Shown piece after piece: positions 50,052 to 63,589 of a stretch of DNA of 64,000 nucleotides. This stretch comes from Octopus sinensis. Taxonomy: Eukaryota. A program made the translations under genes and the position numbers. The notes under the pieces were generated by a model. It did no database searches, was not told where the DNA came from, and saw only the letters and a list, made by a program, of their open reading frames with translations. The stretch covers positions 63,736,001-63,800,000 of the forward strand of contig NC_043000.1 of the NCBI RefSeq assembly GCF_006345805.1, read 5' to 3'. Every line of letters starts with the position of its first letter. Position 1 is the stretch's first letter.

Positions 50052-51018
50052 TCCCTTATTTAAGAAATTAGTATGAAAGCTGTGGTAGATTCAGTTGCTA
50101 TTTCTTGTAGTTGACATGACTATGCAGAGGCTCATATAAAAATTGGCTCATTGGCTCATATAAAAATAAGTATTTCATATATACTAGCATATAAGATGAC
50201 ATGTTAATCTTAAAGAATACTATCCAAAATAGTTGAGATTATTTCCAATCTTGATATAAAATAGAAAGTTGTTAGCATGGCTGATGGTTGACTATAGGCT
50301 GACTTTTACCTTGATAACAACAGACATACCTTATAACTCTAATCCTTTTAAACACCAACATATACAGTAATTGATAAATAATTCTTGCATGCTTGAATGA
50401 TTAGCAAAATAGCAGTTGCTCCAATAACACTGTGTAACAAATTTTTTTTTTTTATTTTTTGCCTTTGATCAATAAGTGTTATCTCCTATTTGCTTTTATC
50501 TAGAAATCAAAGGAAATGACTACAATTCCCTTCAAACTTTGCTTTTGCAACTTGGACATCGATGTTTTGAAACTCAACTATTCTCCATTACATTTCAGAC
50601 AGATTCAGTGCTGAGTTACTGAAGCAAAAATATCGTTATAGCAAATATTCTGCTCAGTACCACAGATTTGTTTGTCAGTTGTTTGACCTTAACCACTTGA
50701 ATATGTCTCTTAATGGCTGACAATATGTGCATCTCTGATCATGAGCAGGAAAAGTTGTGGGGCATCATAGCCATGTATTGGGAGGGATTCTTTGGAGTTT
50801 GAATAAATATCATAATAAAAGCAAAGTTTGAAGAAAATATTAGCCATTTTTCATACTTTCTGGGGGTAAACAAATAGGAAATAACACTTGCTACCCAAAG
50901 TCAAAAATCACGCTGCACAGTGTAATTCATATGAAATAACAATATTTTAGAATATTTATTTCTATAATCTATAAGGGTATTTCAATTATTAGGCCTTTGG
51001 ATAATGTTTTAATTGCAG

Positions 51019-51208
51019 AAGTTAGAATCCCACATTACTGCTTCTAATGACCGGATCCAACTTTTTAGTGATAACACGGGTGTTACGGATCGATACACAG
51101 GATATCGCAACAATTTGACAAAACAATCAAAGCAACCATTCATTTATGAACCTGATTGGATGAAAGGCAGACAGCAACCATTAGAGGAAACAGATGCCAT
51201 TTTACTTG
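51019..51208 (+). CDS. Unidentified gene, coding exon 2
   Basis: TTTTAATTGCAG| acceptor and CTTG|GTAAGT donor. 190 nt open (KLESH...DAILL), phase 0 to 1. Confidence 0.8.
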
Positions 51209-51547
51209 GTAAGTTCACAACATTACATTTGTTTAAGTTCTACTTTGCTTTTAATTTATTTTCTTTAAACTTTCTTTATATATATATATTACACATTCAT
51301 AAAGATATTTTTCTTGCTTATGTGTTGATCTTCACAGCACATTTAAATAATTCCAGCTCTAGCAAGTGTCTCTAATGTTTCTTTTTCATTCCTTATACTA
51401 GTTCAAAATACCAAGGCTCATCTACTCATAGGATTAGGTCATCATTCTCTTCAACTCTTATTCAATAACAGAAGCTGCTTACTGGATTATATTTCAAAGT
51501 AATTTTAGAATATATTCTTCATAAATAATATTGTAATAATATTATAA

Positions 51548-52160
51548 TCTATACATACATAAACGGCAATCTGTTTGTTTGTGTCAAGTTGCCGTCTACA
51601 CTCGTTAACGAATCATCATGAAACTTTGCATACATGTTAAACCAACATCCAGTTTGTTACTAGGCTCATTGCAGTTTAATAGAAATCTATAATTGGACGC
51701 CTAGGGCCCCTAGAAGGGATCCAGATATACCCATCTATTTTCCTTTAACAGCCAAGGGGAAATAACCCATTCATTTTTCTTTATTTTTCCCTTTTGCCCA
51801 CTGGTCATTTCTTCCTCCATTTATTAGAAAGCAATATCATTAGAGTGACTGGTTGCCAGTCATTACGTTGTATAAATACATATGCATTCTACATTACATG
51901 GACCTTCTTGCAAGAAGTTGTCAGACAAGGTCAGTGATTTTATTATCAATCTAACCCTTGTCCTAAGTCAATATATAAATTTAATGATATTTCATAAACC
52001 TACCTAAAATTTTTCATTTAAAACAAATTTGAATAAAATCTGACCATGGGTTATGGAGATATCAATGCCACAACTTATTTGCAAATTTTACCATTAACGT
52101 GCTATTTCCAAGGCAACCATGCAAAAATGTTTCAAAATATTACTTTTTATTTGGTATAAA
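51548..52160 (+). mobile_element. Helitron-like 5' end and body (3' end not resolved)
   Basis: A|TCTATACATACATAAACGGCAATCTGTTTGTTTGTG followed by ATCATGAAACTTTGCATAC. An internal segment is duplicated at ~52975-53060. Confidence 0.4.
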
Positions 52161-52166
52161 TCAAGT

Positions 52167-52541
52167 CTCTTTTACTTGTTTCAGTCATTTGACTGCGGCC
52201 ATGCTGGAGCACCACCTTTAGTCGAGCAAATCGACCCCAGGACTTATTCTTTGTAAGCCTAGTATTTATTCTACCGGTCTCTTTTGCCGAACTGCTAAGT
52301 TACGGGGACGCAAACACACCAGCATCGGTTGTCAAGTGATGTTGGGGGAACAAACACAGCACACACACATATACATATATACGACGGGCTTCTTTCAGTT
52401 TCTGTCTACCAAATCCACTCATAAGGCTTTGGTCAGCCTGAGGCTATAGTAGAAGACACTTGCCTAAGGTGCCACGCAGTGGGACTGAACCTGGAGCCAT
52501 GTGGTTGGTAAGCAAGCTACTTACCACACAGCCACTCCTGC
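52167..52541 (-). mobile_element. Full-length SINE family A
   Basis: Reverse complement of the consensus. Confidence 0.9.
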
Positions 52542-53819
52542 ACTCTGTATGTCGAGTATGTTTATTTCTTAGTATTTGAACTGTTAGGGTTATTTTTGCA
52601 CTTTACCCAGAACACCCCTTATTTCAGTTAGTGACTTATTCACGAATATGCCATGAATGACGATGCCTTTCATGTCACTTCAGTCAATTGACAAGTGCTG
52701 CATGAAGAACTGTTCTACTTTTAGATAAATGCACTGTCATCACAAAGGTCAAACCCTGTTTACAAGAAGAAACACCTTCCTAATTTATAATGATAGATGT
52801 GTTAATGTTTCGTAACAGTGTTCTCTATGTAACAACCAACCACACAAGAAGACAGAAATTGCCATTTATCTATCAATAATATTGCTATCTATACTGTCCT
52901 CATAAAGTTCTCATGCTGTTTACATGTAGGAACATCTTCTTAATTTATAGTGATAGCTGTGTTAATGTTTCCTTAAGATATACCCTTTACTATTTTTTAA
53001 CGGCCAAGAGGAAATAACCCATTTAAAATCCTTTATTTTTCTTTTCTACCCACTGGTCATCTACACTGTCACACGCCAATTACTTGATAGAACACTTTCC
53101 TAATTTATATTGATAGTTGTGTTGATATTATGTAAAGATGTACTCTACAACAAAGACAAGTTTTAGTATGCCAAGCCTCACTTACATCACACCCTACTGT
53201 TCTAAAAAATAATGTTGAATAATGTTGTCGTAGCTACACTGTATTTAAATAAAATACAGAATGATAACAACCAGGTCTTAGATCATAGTCTTACTTCATC
53301 TAAACACTATCAACTACCATAGACCCATTTTTTCTTGTCTGTAGTACTGGAACTGTAACCTCTCAGTGAAGAAGTAGCAGCTCAATATGGAGAACCTCCC
53401 TAATCTCAAAACCCTTTACTCTGTTGAGTAATGTTACTCCAGAGTCCCTTTAGAGAAACCTCATTACAGCATTTGGTCAGAACCACACCTTACGTTTTTT
53501 TCAAAAGGAACATTTATACACAGATATAACACACACACATACAAACAAACATGCATCATCATTGTTGGCGTTCTTTTTTTTCTTTTTTCTTTTTCTTTTT
53601 TTTTTGTCTGCTGGAATGGATTGGACAAGATAGCGATGAAAACCAAATTGAAGTTATGATTTTGGCCTTTTTACCAACCTTTCCTCTTCTTTTCTACTCT
53701 AGGCACAAGGCCTGAATTTTTGGGGGAGGGGGCCAGTTGATTAGATCAACCCCAGTGTGCAAGGATGGGGATAGAATGCTAGAGCAGGTACATCATGAAT
53801 TCAGTTTTTGTATGTATTC

Positions 53820-54260
53820 TCACCTGTAGGTATGAATGTTAGGTAATGAACAAAAGAGTATGATTGCAAATACAAGTGACCAAAATGGGATTCTTCTGAA
53901 GGTGTGAGGAGTAATGTTAGTGGACAGAGTGTATGGCTTGAAGATCAGGGAGTCTCTCCAGGTCAAGTTGCTATGTTTCTGGATTGAGAGGTCACAGCTC
54001 CAGTACTATGGACATGCAATTAGAATAACACAAGAAAGAATCGACAAAAGACAGATTCTTCAAGCCAAGCCTACTGACAGGAGACTCAGGGGTAGACCAA
54101 GAATGAGATAGTTGGATAATATCCATAGTCTCAGCTGGTTGTGCTTGGGAAGCTCTAAAATCTAAAGACAATTGCCTCTAATAGGACCCTATGAAGGAAG
54201 TAACTGGGAGCTCCATTACCATAGCCCTCCCAGGAATAATGAGAAGAGAAGATGGGTGCA
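53820..54260 (+). mobile_element. RTE-clade LINE 3' fragment
   Basis: IERSQLQYYGHAIR...RQILQAKPTDRRLRGRPR; same family as 16050. Confidence 0.7.
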
Positions 54261-56384
54261 TGTGTGGATTGACTATTTTTGTGCCATCAGCTAATGGTTG
54301 ACTCATAGTGACTTCTTTCACAATGCTATGCAGTTGCCATTGAATTTTTATGTATAAATACAAAGATAATTTCCTGTTGCCTTCCTTGGTTAGTTTTTAT
54401 ACGACATGTTCCTATCAGCTAGATACAAACAAATCCATCACACTAGCCTGGGTGCTTGGAACATAAAGGCCAGGAATAAATAGTACACTCTTACAATTCT
54501 GTCAGCCTAATGATGTAGCTAGAATGTGTGTCCCCTGAGGTAGCCCTTGAGTTTTCCATGCTCCAAATTGTAATCTACACAGGCTTATACAACATACCCA
54601 AACGTTCTATCCCATACAAGTATCACTGGGGTGCACTGGCCCATTACCCCCTCCAGCTATACTACTGTGCAAGTCCAAAGCTCTAAACTGGTACTTTATT
54701 TTATAGACGTCCAGAATAATGAAGTTGACGTAAGCAGGATTTGATCTCAGAAAATAGAGAGCCAGAACAAACACTGCACTGTTTTGTCTGACACTCTAAC
54801 AATTCTGCCAATAGCAATTTTAAAGATTATTTCTTACAAAACATTGTTTTTCACTCTTCAGTAATTGACAGCACCTTTAGGTCCACTATTCCTATCAACT
54901 CTGATGTCAACAAACAAACAAGAGAGTCACTGAACTTGCTAGAAATAGCAAGTCTCTCTCTCTCAAATCATATTCTATTTTCTTCCAAAAGAAAAGGATA
55001 CATTGGGTAATGTAATCCTAGATGCACTATATTCGAAAAAAAAGATTGGATGATCACGGATGGAATGTCTTTGATCATAGATCTGCTCATTTGAGTTCAT
55101 TTCTCTAAGTTCAGTTCATTTTATATATGCAGATTGTACTGGCCAAAACTTTTTCTAACTCATTAGCAGGCTTAGACAAAAGTTTGAGCAGAAACAAAAC
55201 AAAGGAACAAACGCAAAATTCACACACAAGACAGGACGTTACTAATTCCTTATCAGTTATTATCCAAAAGATCCTCACAATTTCACACCTTTCCTGATAA
55301 GATCTCATAGACTGAAACATATCCACAGTGATCTCTTGCCTGCTACCAAAGATCAGATTTTCCCCTAAACCTGAGAGATAAGTTCTTAATTTCTTTAAAT
55401 TGTCTCCCCTTCGCATTGAACGTTGCAAACAATTGCTGCTTGATTTTTGTTTTTCTCCAACAAATTTATGAGAATATCAATTAAGAACTATTTACATACA
55501 GCATTCAGTATATCATCTCTTAACTGCTTTATCAATATTTCAGCCTAGTTAGCTGCAAATAAGTGCTACTTTCGAGAAGTATTGTTCACAGCTGTAGACA
55601 ATATTGACAACATATAACTGACAAAGGTTTAGTTATCTTCTAGTACTTAGCTCAGATCATATCATCAATAATGTTTATATCCCTCTCACACTAACATAGC
55701 TAGAGTGTGTGCTGCCTGGGGTAGCCCTTCTGTTCGCTGCCCCCAGACCCTACAAAAAACACATATTGCCTACAGCAGATCCAAAAATGTTGCCCCTACC
55801 ACCTCACCCCACTAGCTACACTAGTGCTCTCTCAGAGTAGAAGCTATGGTTGTTGAGTAACCCTAGATCAACTCTCATCAAGCAGACCTATCATTAATTG
55901 TATTCCAATAGTGACCATCCTGTGTTTTTTCAAACTTAGTATATCTAGAACTGCATTATTCAATGTGTCCCTTTTTTAAGATGGTAAAGTCTGCAAAATT
56001 TAACTGCTATTTCTAGCAGGTCTAGCGATTCTATAGAGTACCTCTTATTGTTTAACAGGGGAAATAAAAGAGTCAACCCCTAAATGAAAGGTCATCAAAT
56101 GCACTACATTTTGTATATTTGAGCAGTACTCTTACACATACTTCACTTCAACTAAGTTTTGGATGTGGTTATTAAATCATCTGGGTATATTATCTTATAT
56201 CTAGTGTCCTACATCCATAGAGGGAGGAGACAGGATTATCTTTTAGTGACTAAATATACCTGCTTCTCAGAGACAGGTGATGTACACAATAATCTGTAGT
56301 GAAAAAAAATTTTCTCTACCAAGATTCAGTCAACAATTCTAATATTAATAATATATACTTACCTAATTTATACTCCAGATACTG

Positions 56385-56700
56385 AAGATACATGGCTCAG
56401 TGGTTAGAGCATCAGGCTCACAATCATGAGATAGTGAGTTCAATTCCTAGTCTGGGTTGTGCGTTGTGTTCTTGAGCAAGATACTTTATTTCATGTTACT
56501 CCAGTTCAATCATCTGTAGAAAAGGAGTTGTGACATTGCAGGTGCCACGCTGTATCAGCCTTTGCCTTTCCCTTAGACAATATCAGTAAGTGTGGAGAGA
56601 GGAAGATGGTATGCATGGGCAACTGCTGGCCTTCCACAAACAACCTTGCCCAGACATGTGCCTCGGAGGGGAACTTTCTAGGTGCAATCCCATGGTGCAA
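56385..56700 (+). mobile_element. SINE family D copy
   Basis: TGGCTCAGTGGTTAGAGC head and GTGTTCTTGAGCAAGATAC domain. Confidence 0.75.
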
Positions 56701-57317
56701 TCCAAAGGGCGTTTTTACCCTTTTACCCTATAACTGACTCCATATATAAACCTATTTATCATCATCATCATCATCATCACTTACCATGTTCAACGCTGAC
56801 ATGGGTTGGATGATTTGACAGGACCCAATGGGTCCAAGGACTGCATCATGCTCCATTTGTCTACTTTAGCATGGTTTCAGTGGCTGAATGCCCTTCCTAA
56901 CACCAACCACTTTGAATACTAAATTGAGTGCTTTTTTTGTACCACTAGCACTCTTAAGGTTGCCTTGCAGCTCACAAGACTACAAACACCAAGGGAGTGC
57001 AAGTGGGGGAGTCCATTTTTCATTGAAGCTAAAGAGATTACTAGTTATTTAGACTAACCCTTTTGTTACCATATTTCTGTTGAAATGTGCTGCCTTTGTT
57101 TCGATTACTTTAAAAAATAATGAAGAATTTAGTAAAATAATTTGGTCGTTATTAAGCTGCTGGTTTTTGATGGAAGATTTAATTTATGTCACTTTAAAAC
57201 AAGAAGTTTATATCATAGAACAAAGTGCAATTCAAGTAGATTGGTAAGAAAAGGGTTAAATTAATATATGTAAGTGAAATTTCTTTTAAGTATGTTTTAT
57301 GAATTCTTTTATTTCAG

Positions 57318-57431
57318 AACATCAAGCAAAAGGATTAAGGAAACATATTTTACCAATTCCACCAACAGACCTCTATTATCAGTCTCTAGGAGACTTTCCA
57401 CAATCTTATAGTGGTGACCTTTTAGCTACAG
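57318..57431 (+). CDS. Unidentified gene, coding exon 3
   Basis: TTTTATTTCAG| acceptor and ACAG|GTAAGA donor. 114 nt, phase 1-1, open (EHQAKGLRKHILPIPP...DLLAT). Confidence 0.8.
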
Positions 57432-57521
57432 GTAAGAAATGAAATAGCAACTGTGATGTTTCTTTTGAACTTATTTTAATTAAGTTAGAACTCGTTTAGA
57501 AATTGTTATATTTCGGGATAC

Positions 57522-57775
57522 CCTTTTACTCTTCTATTTGCATCAGTTATTTAACTGCAGGCATGCTGTAGCACCGCCTTTAGTCAAACAAATCAATCCC
57601 AGAACTTATTCTTTGTAAGCCTCGTACTTATTCTGTCAGTTTCTTTTGCCAAACTGCTAAGTTACAGGGACGTAAACGCACCAGTATCAGTTGTTAAGCG
57701 ATGATGGCAGGGACAAGCATAGACACACAAACATATACATATACACAACGCATATATATATATGCATAAGTGCAA

Positions 57776-57811
<36 letters not shown>

Positions 57812-57980
57812 TTACACTTATGCATATATATATATATATATATGACGGGATTCTTTCAGTTTCCGTCTACCAAATCTACTCACAAAGTTTGGTCAGCCTG
57901 AGTTTATAGCAGAAGACACTTGCCCGAGGTGTCACGCAATGGGACTCAACCCAGAAGCATGTGGTTGGTAATCAAGCTAC
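57522..57980 (-). mobile_element. SINE family A copy
   Basis: Reverse complement of the consensus with an expanded TA run. Confidence 0.85.
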
Positions 57981-58309
57981 TTACCACACAGCCATTCCTG
58001 GTCTTTTTTTTTTTTTTGTCAAATAAACACATGCACTATACATGCATTCTTCACTTCAATTTTTTTTCACACATCCTGTGACCTCTTCAGCAACTCTCCA
58101 TCCTACGTGTTTCCTCCTGTTCTGTTTAGTCCATTCTTTCGTTTAGAAATCTTTTAGGTTTTTTTTGTCATTTTTATCAAAAGTAAGACTGTCACTTTAA
58201 AATTTAGCTTACAATGCTCTCAATCTTAATATGTATCATTTCTTTTTCTATCTAATATCATTTGATCAGAACCATGCCTTTCATTTTCTCAAAAGGAACA
58301 TTTATCACA

Positions 58310-58341
<32 letters not shown>

Positions 58342-59478
58342 TACACACACGTCTGTTGGCATGGATTGAATGAGACATAATTAGGCAGTATTCTATGTCC
58401 AGATCCTGATCCTTTTTGTCATCAACCCATATTTGTTTTCCCAAATAAAGTACTTTTTACATAATATGACCTCACACATCAAAACTACTCAAAAGGCTTT
58501 GGGACTGAACTCAAAACCATGTGGTTGAGATGCCAACTTCTTAAACAATGACTCCTGCACCTGTGTGCGTGTGTGTGTGTGTAAACAGTTGTATTGAGTT
58601 GCCTCCCTTTACACCACACCTTAGTCGTTTGATAGTCAGAGATTGGCACAATATGTAGCAGATTAAAATAAATACTAAATTCAATATGATCAACTAAAAC
58701 CATTAAAATTGGTCCACCAGCACGTCAATAGTCTAGAGATTGAAACCAGTAAAAGAATAAAAGGATACTCAAAGGGTTAAATGATAATTTCAACTAAACT
58801 AATCAGTTTGGAGTTATTACATAATAATCCCAGTTTTTCAGATTATTCGAAACAAATCCTTTAGGTGTTGGTAATCTGTTAGCTATATAGAACCAACTCG
58901 ACCATTTGGATAAACAGTATTTCATCATAACATAAAATATGTTAATTAACCAGTTCTTAAACTAGAATTCTAACCTGAGTTAAAGACCTGCTGATCTTTT
59001 TTCTAAACTCTGTTAACTCAGCTTAATTCTGACTGAAAGCAAGAACCAATGAGGTCCTTGTATCTAGGAAACTTAGCTTTCGATTGTAATTTATCTTGGT
59101 TATACTACATAGATGAATAATTATTATTTAACATGTGTGCCATTAGCAGAGTTCATTCTGTTGCAAACATTCAGACCAGCTCATCAGTCTGACAGTAACT
59201 TCCTTCTTTTGTTCCACCAATATTAGAACCCCTCAAAAAAAAATGTCATGGTTTTCCTCTGCTAAGCCACTGAAAGCCATTTATGGCAGTTTAAACCACA
59301 CGTGAAAAGAAAAGTGAAAAATTAGATAAAAAGAAAAATTATGATGCTAAGTAATTTGAAAATTCTTATATTATCCATGGGTTTGGTAAGTTCAAAGTAC
59401 AAACATTTGAAATGTACTTTAATGTACCGTTGTCTCAATAGTAATCTTATCAATGTATTTTTGTTTTTAATTTCACAG

Positions 59479-59604
59479 CACCTGGTGCCGTTAAACAAAT
59501 AAATCCCATTGAAAAGATTAACCGTGCTGTTGAGAAACCAACAGGTGTACTAGGAACAAAACTTAGAACTGGAGCAGCTCTACTTCCGGAATTGACCACA
59601 AGAG
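59479..59604 (+). CDS. Unidentified gene, coding exon 4 (GC donor at 59605; alternative GT donor at 59545)
   Basis: TTTCACAG| acceptor. Open frame APGAVKQINP...PELTTR. AGAG|GCAAGT and ACAG|GTGTAC are both phase 1. Confidence 0.75.
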
Positions 59605-59859
59605 GCAAGTAAAAGAATATATAACACGCTAATAAATGTTTCCATCAATTTTTATGAATAATTTCTAATAACATCCAAATTGAGGTGGTATAACGTAATT
59701 GATGTTTTCAAAAAAAAATGCTAAGTGTTAAAAAGGAAATTTGTCAGTTTTCATATTCTTTTTGATAATAAATTAAAAATTGTATTCAGTTTTAAAAATA
59801 AAAAAGGAAGGCTTCACTGTTGAACCAATTAATTTCACTGGCACTCAATTTCATAGGTC

Positions 59860-60116
59860 ATGGGAGAATTCCTGCAAGAGGGAGTTCCTGAGCTGGGAAG
59901 GATAATGTTCTAAGGAGTAAGGACCAGGCTAAGACGTTGGTGCAGAGCTTGAAGAATATTGGTGACAAGAGGAGAGACAAGTTGGAAATATTTGTATGGA
60001 GGTGGTATGGGATCATCCAGTTTCAAGGTGAAGGGGCCACTATAGTAGTATAGATAAGAAAGGGATGGAGAAGACCGTAGATCTATAGTACAAAAGTTGG
60101 AGTGTAGTGTTGACAA
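59860..60116 (-). mobile_element. Decayed L2/CR1-like LINE 3' fragment
   Basis: Minus-strand SLSYLYYYSG..L...IPPP resembles the SLFYRYYHG-type C-terminal segment. Confidence 0.4.
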
Positions 60117-61684
60117 ATAACTTCATACTAATCACTAGGATGTCTGTAAGAACTCTTGATTTTTTGACTAAATATCTTCACCCACATTATCTTTCCACAA
60201 AAGTAAAAGTGAAAAGCAAGTGATCTTTTTAGTAAGTTGTTCCTTTTTCATCTGATTTATCTGGTGCATCTTCCTCTCAACCTGTTTTTCTTTTCAACTT
60301 GTCCTATTTATGCTTATCTGGAGATCTTAACCTCTACAAAACTTAACCAGACCACTGAGCCAATGATGAAACATCTCTATATGGTTTTTCAGTATTTTAG
60401 AAATATAAGTAAAATCTCCCTCATATCACATCCTACCATTTTAAAAAGGAGGAAGACACTGAAAAATAGCCTCTAATCACAAATCAGCTCATTCAAGGCC
60501 AGTTGAATGTAAACAAAAACAAAACCAGTGGAAATTATCAGCCAGCAAGTATATTTTACATACTAAAGTTCAACTTTGTAATATCAACTCAAGAACAAAC
60601 CACTGAAATTCAAACATGAAACACATAATAATGACTCTGAGTATGACTGAAGTTTTACCATACATTTTCTATTTGGCCAGGGTTAGTCACACCCTTTGTA
60701 CGGTATATTACCAGTAGTCACAAACTGTTATCTCATCTGGGAAACACAGCCTCTAGATATTTGACCTCTTTACATCTCTTGCATTTGACAGCAGTTGATT
60801 CTATTCAGCATTCATTATCAGTTTACACATCTCCATACCATACAGTTGTCCTTCCTACTGATGCCTAACCATCTTTGCAGCTTAATCATGTCCCACTTTT
60901 TGTGCAAACCTTACACACCCAATGGAACATGGTCATCTTATTTCTCTTCAGTCTCTGCAGATTTCTCATATTCAATTCCCTTATCTCAGTTCCATGCAGC
61001 ATCACTCTCTTCACATGTTTCAGATGGTGTGCTTCTCACATAGAAAAAAAAAAACTTTTAGTGCTAAAAAAAAAGTACCAGTTCCTTGAATTTCTTCCAC
61101 ATTGGTACTGCCATCTTGGTGCTGCTTATTTGGCATCACTGATTCAATGCTGACTTATTTGACATGAGACATTTTAATATTTCTTTTGTTCTCTCTCTCC
61201 CTCTCTTCTTTCTCTTTGTCTGTCTATCTCTCTTTCCTTTATTCCTCTCTCTCTATCTGTTTATGTCAGTTGCATTCAGCTAATAAATTGTAATGACATC
61301 TCTCTTTCTCTCTCTTTCCTCTCTCTCTCTCTCCCTCCCCCTCTCTCTATGTATGTATGTAAGTATGCCTGCATGTATGTGTATATTTCTGCACACACAT
61401 GTGCATATATATGTTTACTTCCAGTGCTAAAGACTATTTTCACCAAAGCAGGCTCCAAATCCAATCATTTGTGCCAAATCGTCTCTTTCCGTCCCTTACT
61501 CTTGCTATTATTGTGCTGGAGTAACCACTTGACTTATGTCTGGGAAACCAGCAGTTATTTAATAAGGAGTTTAATTATGGTTGACTTATTAAACCATCTG
61601 TTTAATATAAACAATACTAACAATAATAATGAGGATACAAGATGTAAATGTAATAAATGTTTGTATTGTTTTATTTTGGAACAG

Positions 61685-61956
61685 GTTATCTCACCATCGA
61701 CAGTCTTTATCCTCAAGAAACAGTTGAGCTCCATGATCCTTTACCTATTTTTTGCAATGATACAAGTGAATCAGCCTACAGCAAAATTTTGAAAAAGACT
61801 GATGAGTCATTAAGGGCATACCAACAAGAAACAAAACCTCTAAGTAAAGAGGAAGCCTTAAAAGCTGCCCAGTTGGCTGCTGGCTTGGAGCCTATTCTAA
61901 GTTACAAAAGTGAATATAAAGACAACTTTATCAAACCAGCAATTAATCGATTCTAG
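61685..61956 (+). CDS. Unidentified gene, terminal coding exon
   Basis: TTTTATTTTGGAACAG| acceptor, phase 1, open to TAG (GYLTIDSLYPQ...YKSEYKDNFIKPAINRF*). AATAAA at 62176-62181. Confidence 0.8.
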
Positions 61957-62238
61957 AATTTATAAATTTGATTATGTAAACCAGTTATTGAGACTGTTGG
62001 TTTTTTTTATAAATGTTGCTTTTCAAGATTCACTTCAATGAAACTCTTTGGAATAACAAAAACATCGGGGAACTATGCAGGTTGAAGCTTTTGCTGTTTC
62101 ATCCTTATATACCTTTATTTGTATTATGTACATTGAATCAACTGAAGATATATTATAGGTATTTACCATATTATTAATAAATATATATTCTTTACATATA
62201 TCGATATGGTGTTCATCTTATGTCTTTAGAGTTCACAA

Positions 62239-62631
62239 TCTCTCTATATATAAAGCTGAAGTTGTCTGCGTATGGCAGGTTTGGTAGCCTTCAACTAACA
62301 CTATCTCCTCCGAGACCCTGCGGTGCAAGTTGACCAAAATTGAGAGTGTGATAGAAGAAGGCTTGCTCTTCCTTCTGTAGAAGAAAAACTTCAAATTGGA
62401 CCATGTTAACACCAAAATTTATTTACATCAAAAGGTGCTTTTTTTCTATGAAAATCCCTTTTTTTTTTACGATTTTTTTATTGCTGTGTCGCCATTTTTC
62501 AGTGTATTTCAACCAGAAAAATGTTCACTTAAAGAGAATAACAAGCTACATAATGTAAAATTTTTACTTTTCAAAAATTCCAATTCTAAAGGGTCGAAAC
62601 AAACCTGAGCAATGCTGGGCGATATTTCTAG
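62239..62631 (+). mobile_element. Complete 393-bp non-autonomous Helitron
   Basis: A|TCTCTCTATATATAAAG 5' end; subterminal hairpin CCTGAGCAATGCTGGG; 3' CTAG|T. Confidence 0.75.
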
Positions 62632-63589
62632 TTAAGTAATAAAGCCAATTATCATGTTATTTACTTTATTTACAATTACAAATACTTCAGGTGTGTGAGT
62701 GGTTGAAGTTGATTATATTTTAATATAATGTAACTTACATCATCATCATCATTTAATGTCTATTTTGCATTCTGTCATAGGTTGGACGTTTTAATAGGAG
62801 CTGGCAAATCAGAGGACTGCATCAAGTTCTGATCTGACATGGTTTCTGCAACTAGATATCCTTCCTAATGTCAACCATTTTATAGAGTGTACTGGGTGCT
62901 TTTTACTTGGGATCAGCTTTAGTATCTTTCTTGCAAAATAAAACCCTCAACTGAAGTGGGGGGAGTTGTATTGAGGGAGGTGGCTTGATGTCAGGTGATG
63001 AGAGATTCAAGTATGATTGGATAGATGTCTTGTTGTAAGGGAGATCCATGGTTACCTCTTCTCACTGCTACTACTGTTGTTCGTCTGCCAAGTATATGGT
63101 TTTTAGCTTTGACAAATGTTTCTTTTCAATTTTCTTCTTTTGTCAGCTTCTGATAAGCATAATAACAGACATGCTTCATATCCTGTTGATTATAGGATTT
63201 CTGTAACAGTGTTCTGCCATTATGTCTTTCAAAGTTAATAATATCTGATTGTCACTGCTTCTCATAGAAATATTGTTGTTGGGATTTACTTTTTCATTCA
63301 TCCTTAATGTGCAAGCAGTACTAAGAATACTTACTTGGGATTCTTAGCCATAGTTTCATTGCTTGAAGAAACCTGGGAGACATCAGCTCTCTTGTGCCAT
63401 CTGATTGATTAAAGATGTCTGGTGATGTAACACAACAATCACATAGATCTCGTCATAGAATTTTTGTAGAATACAAAGATGGTCTCCCTTGGCTTTTCTT
63501 TAATGTTTTTTACAAGACATCATCATGTCAGCTATAGTTGATTTTAAAAACGTGAGAGAAAAGAAAGAAGAATTAGCCACAGTACATGA

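Noticed and set aside
61349-61792. 147-aa plus-strand ORF
   Set aside because: It starts in microsatellite/intron sequence and overlaps the terminal exon in a frame incompatible with the upstream phase-1 donors.
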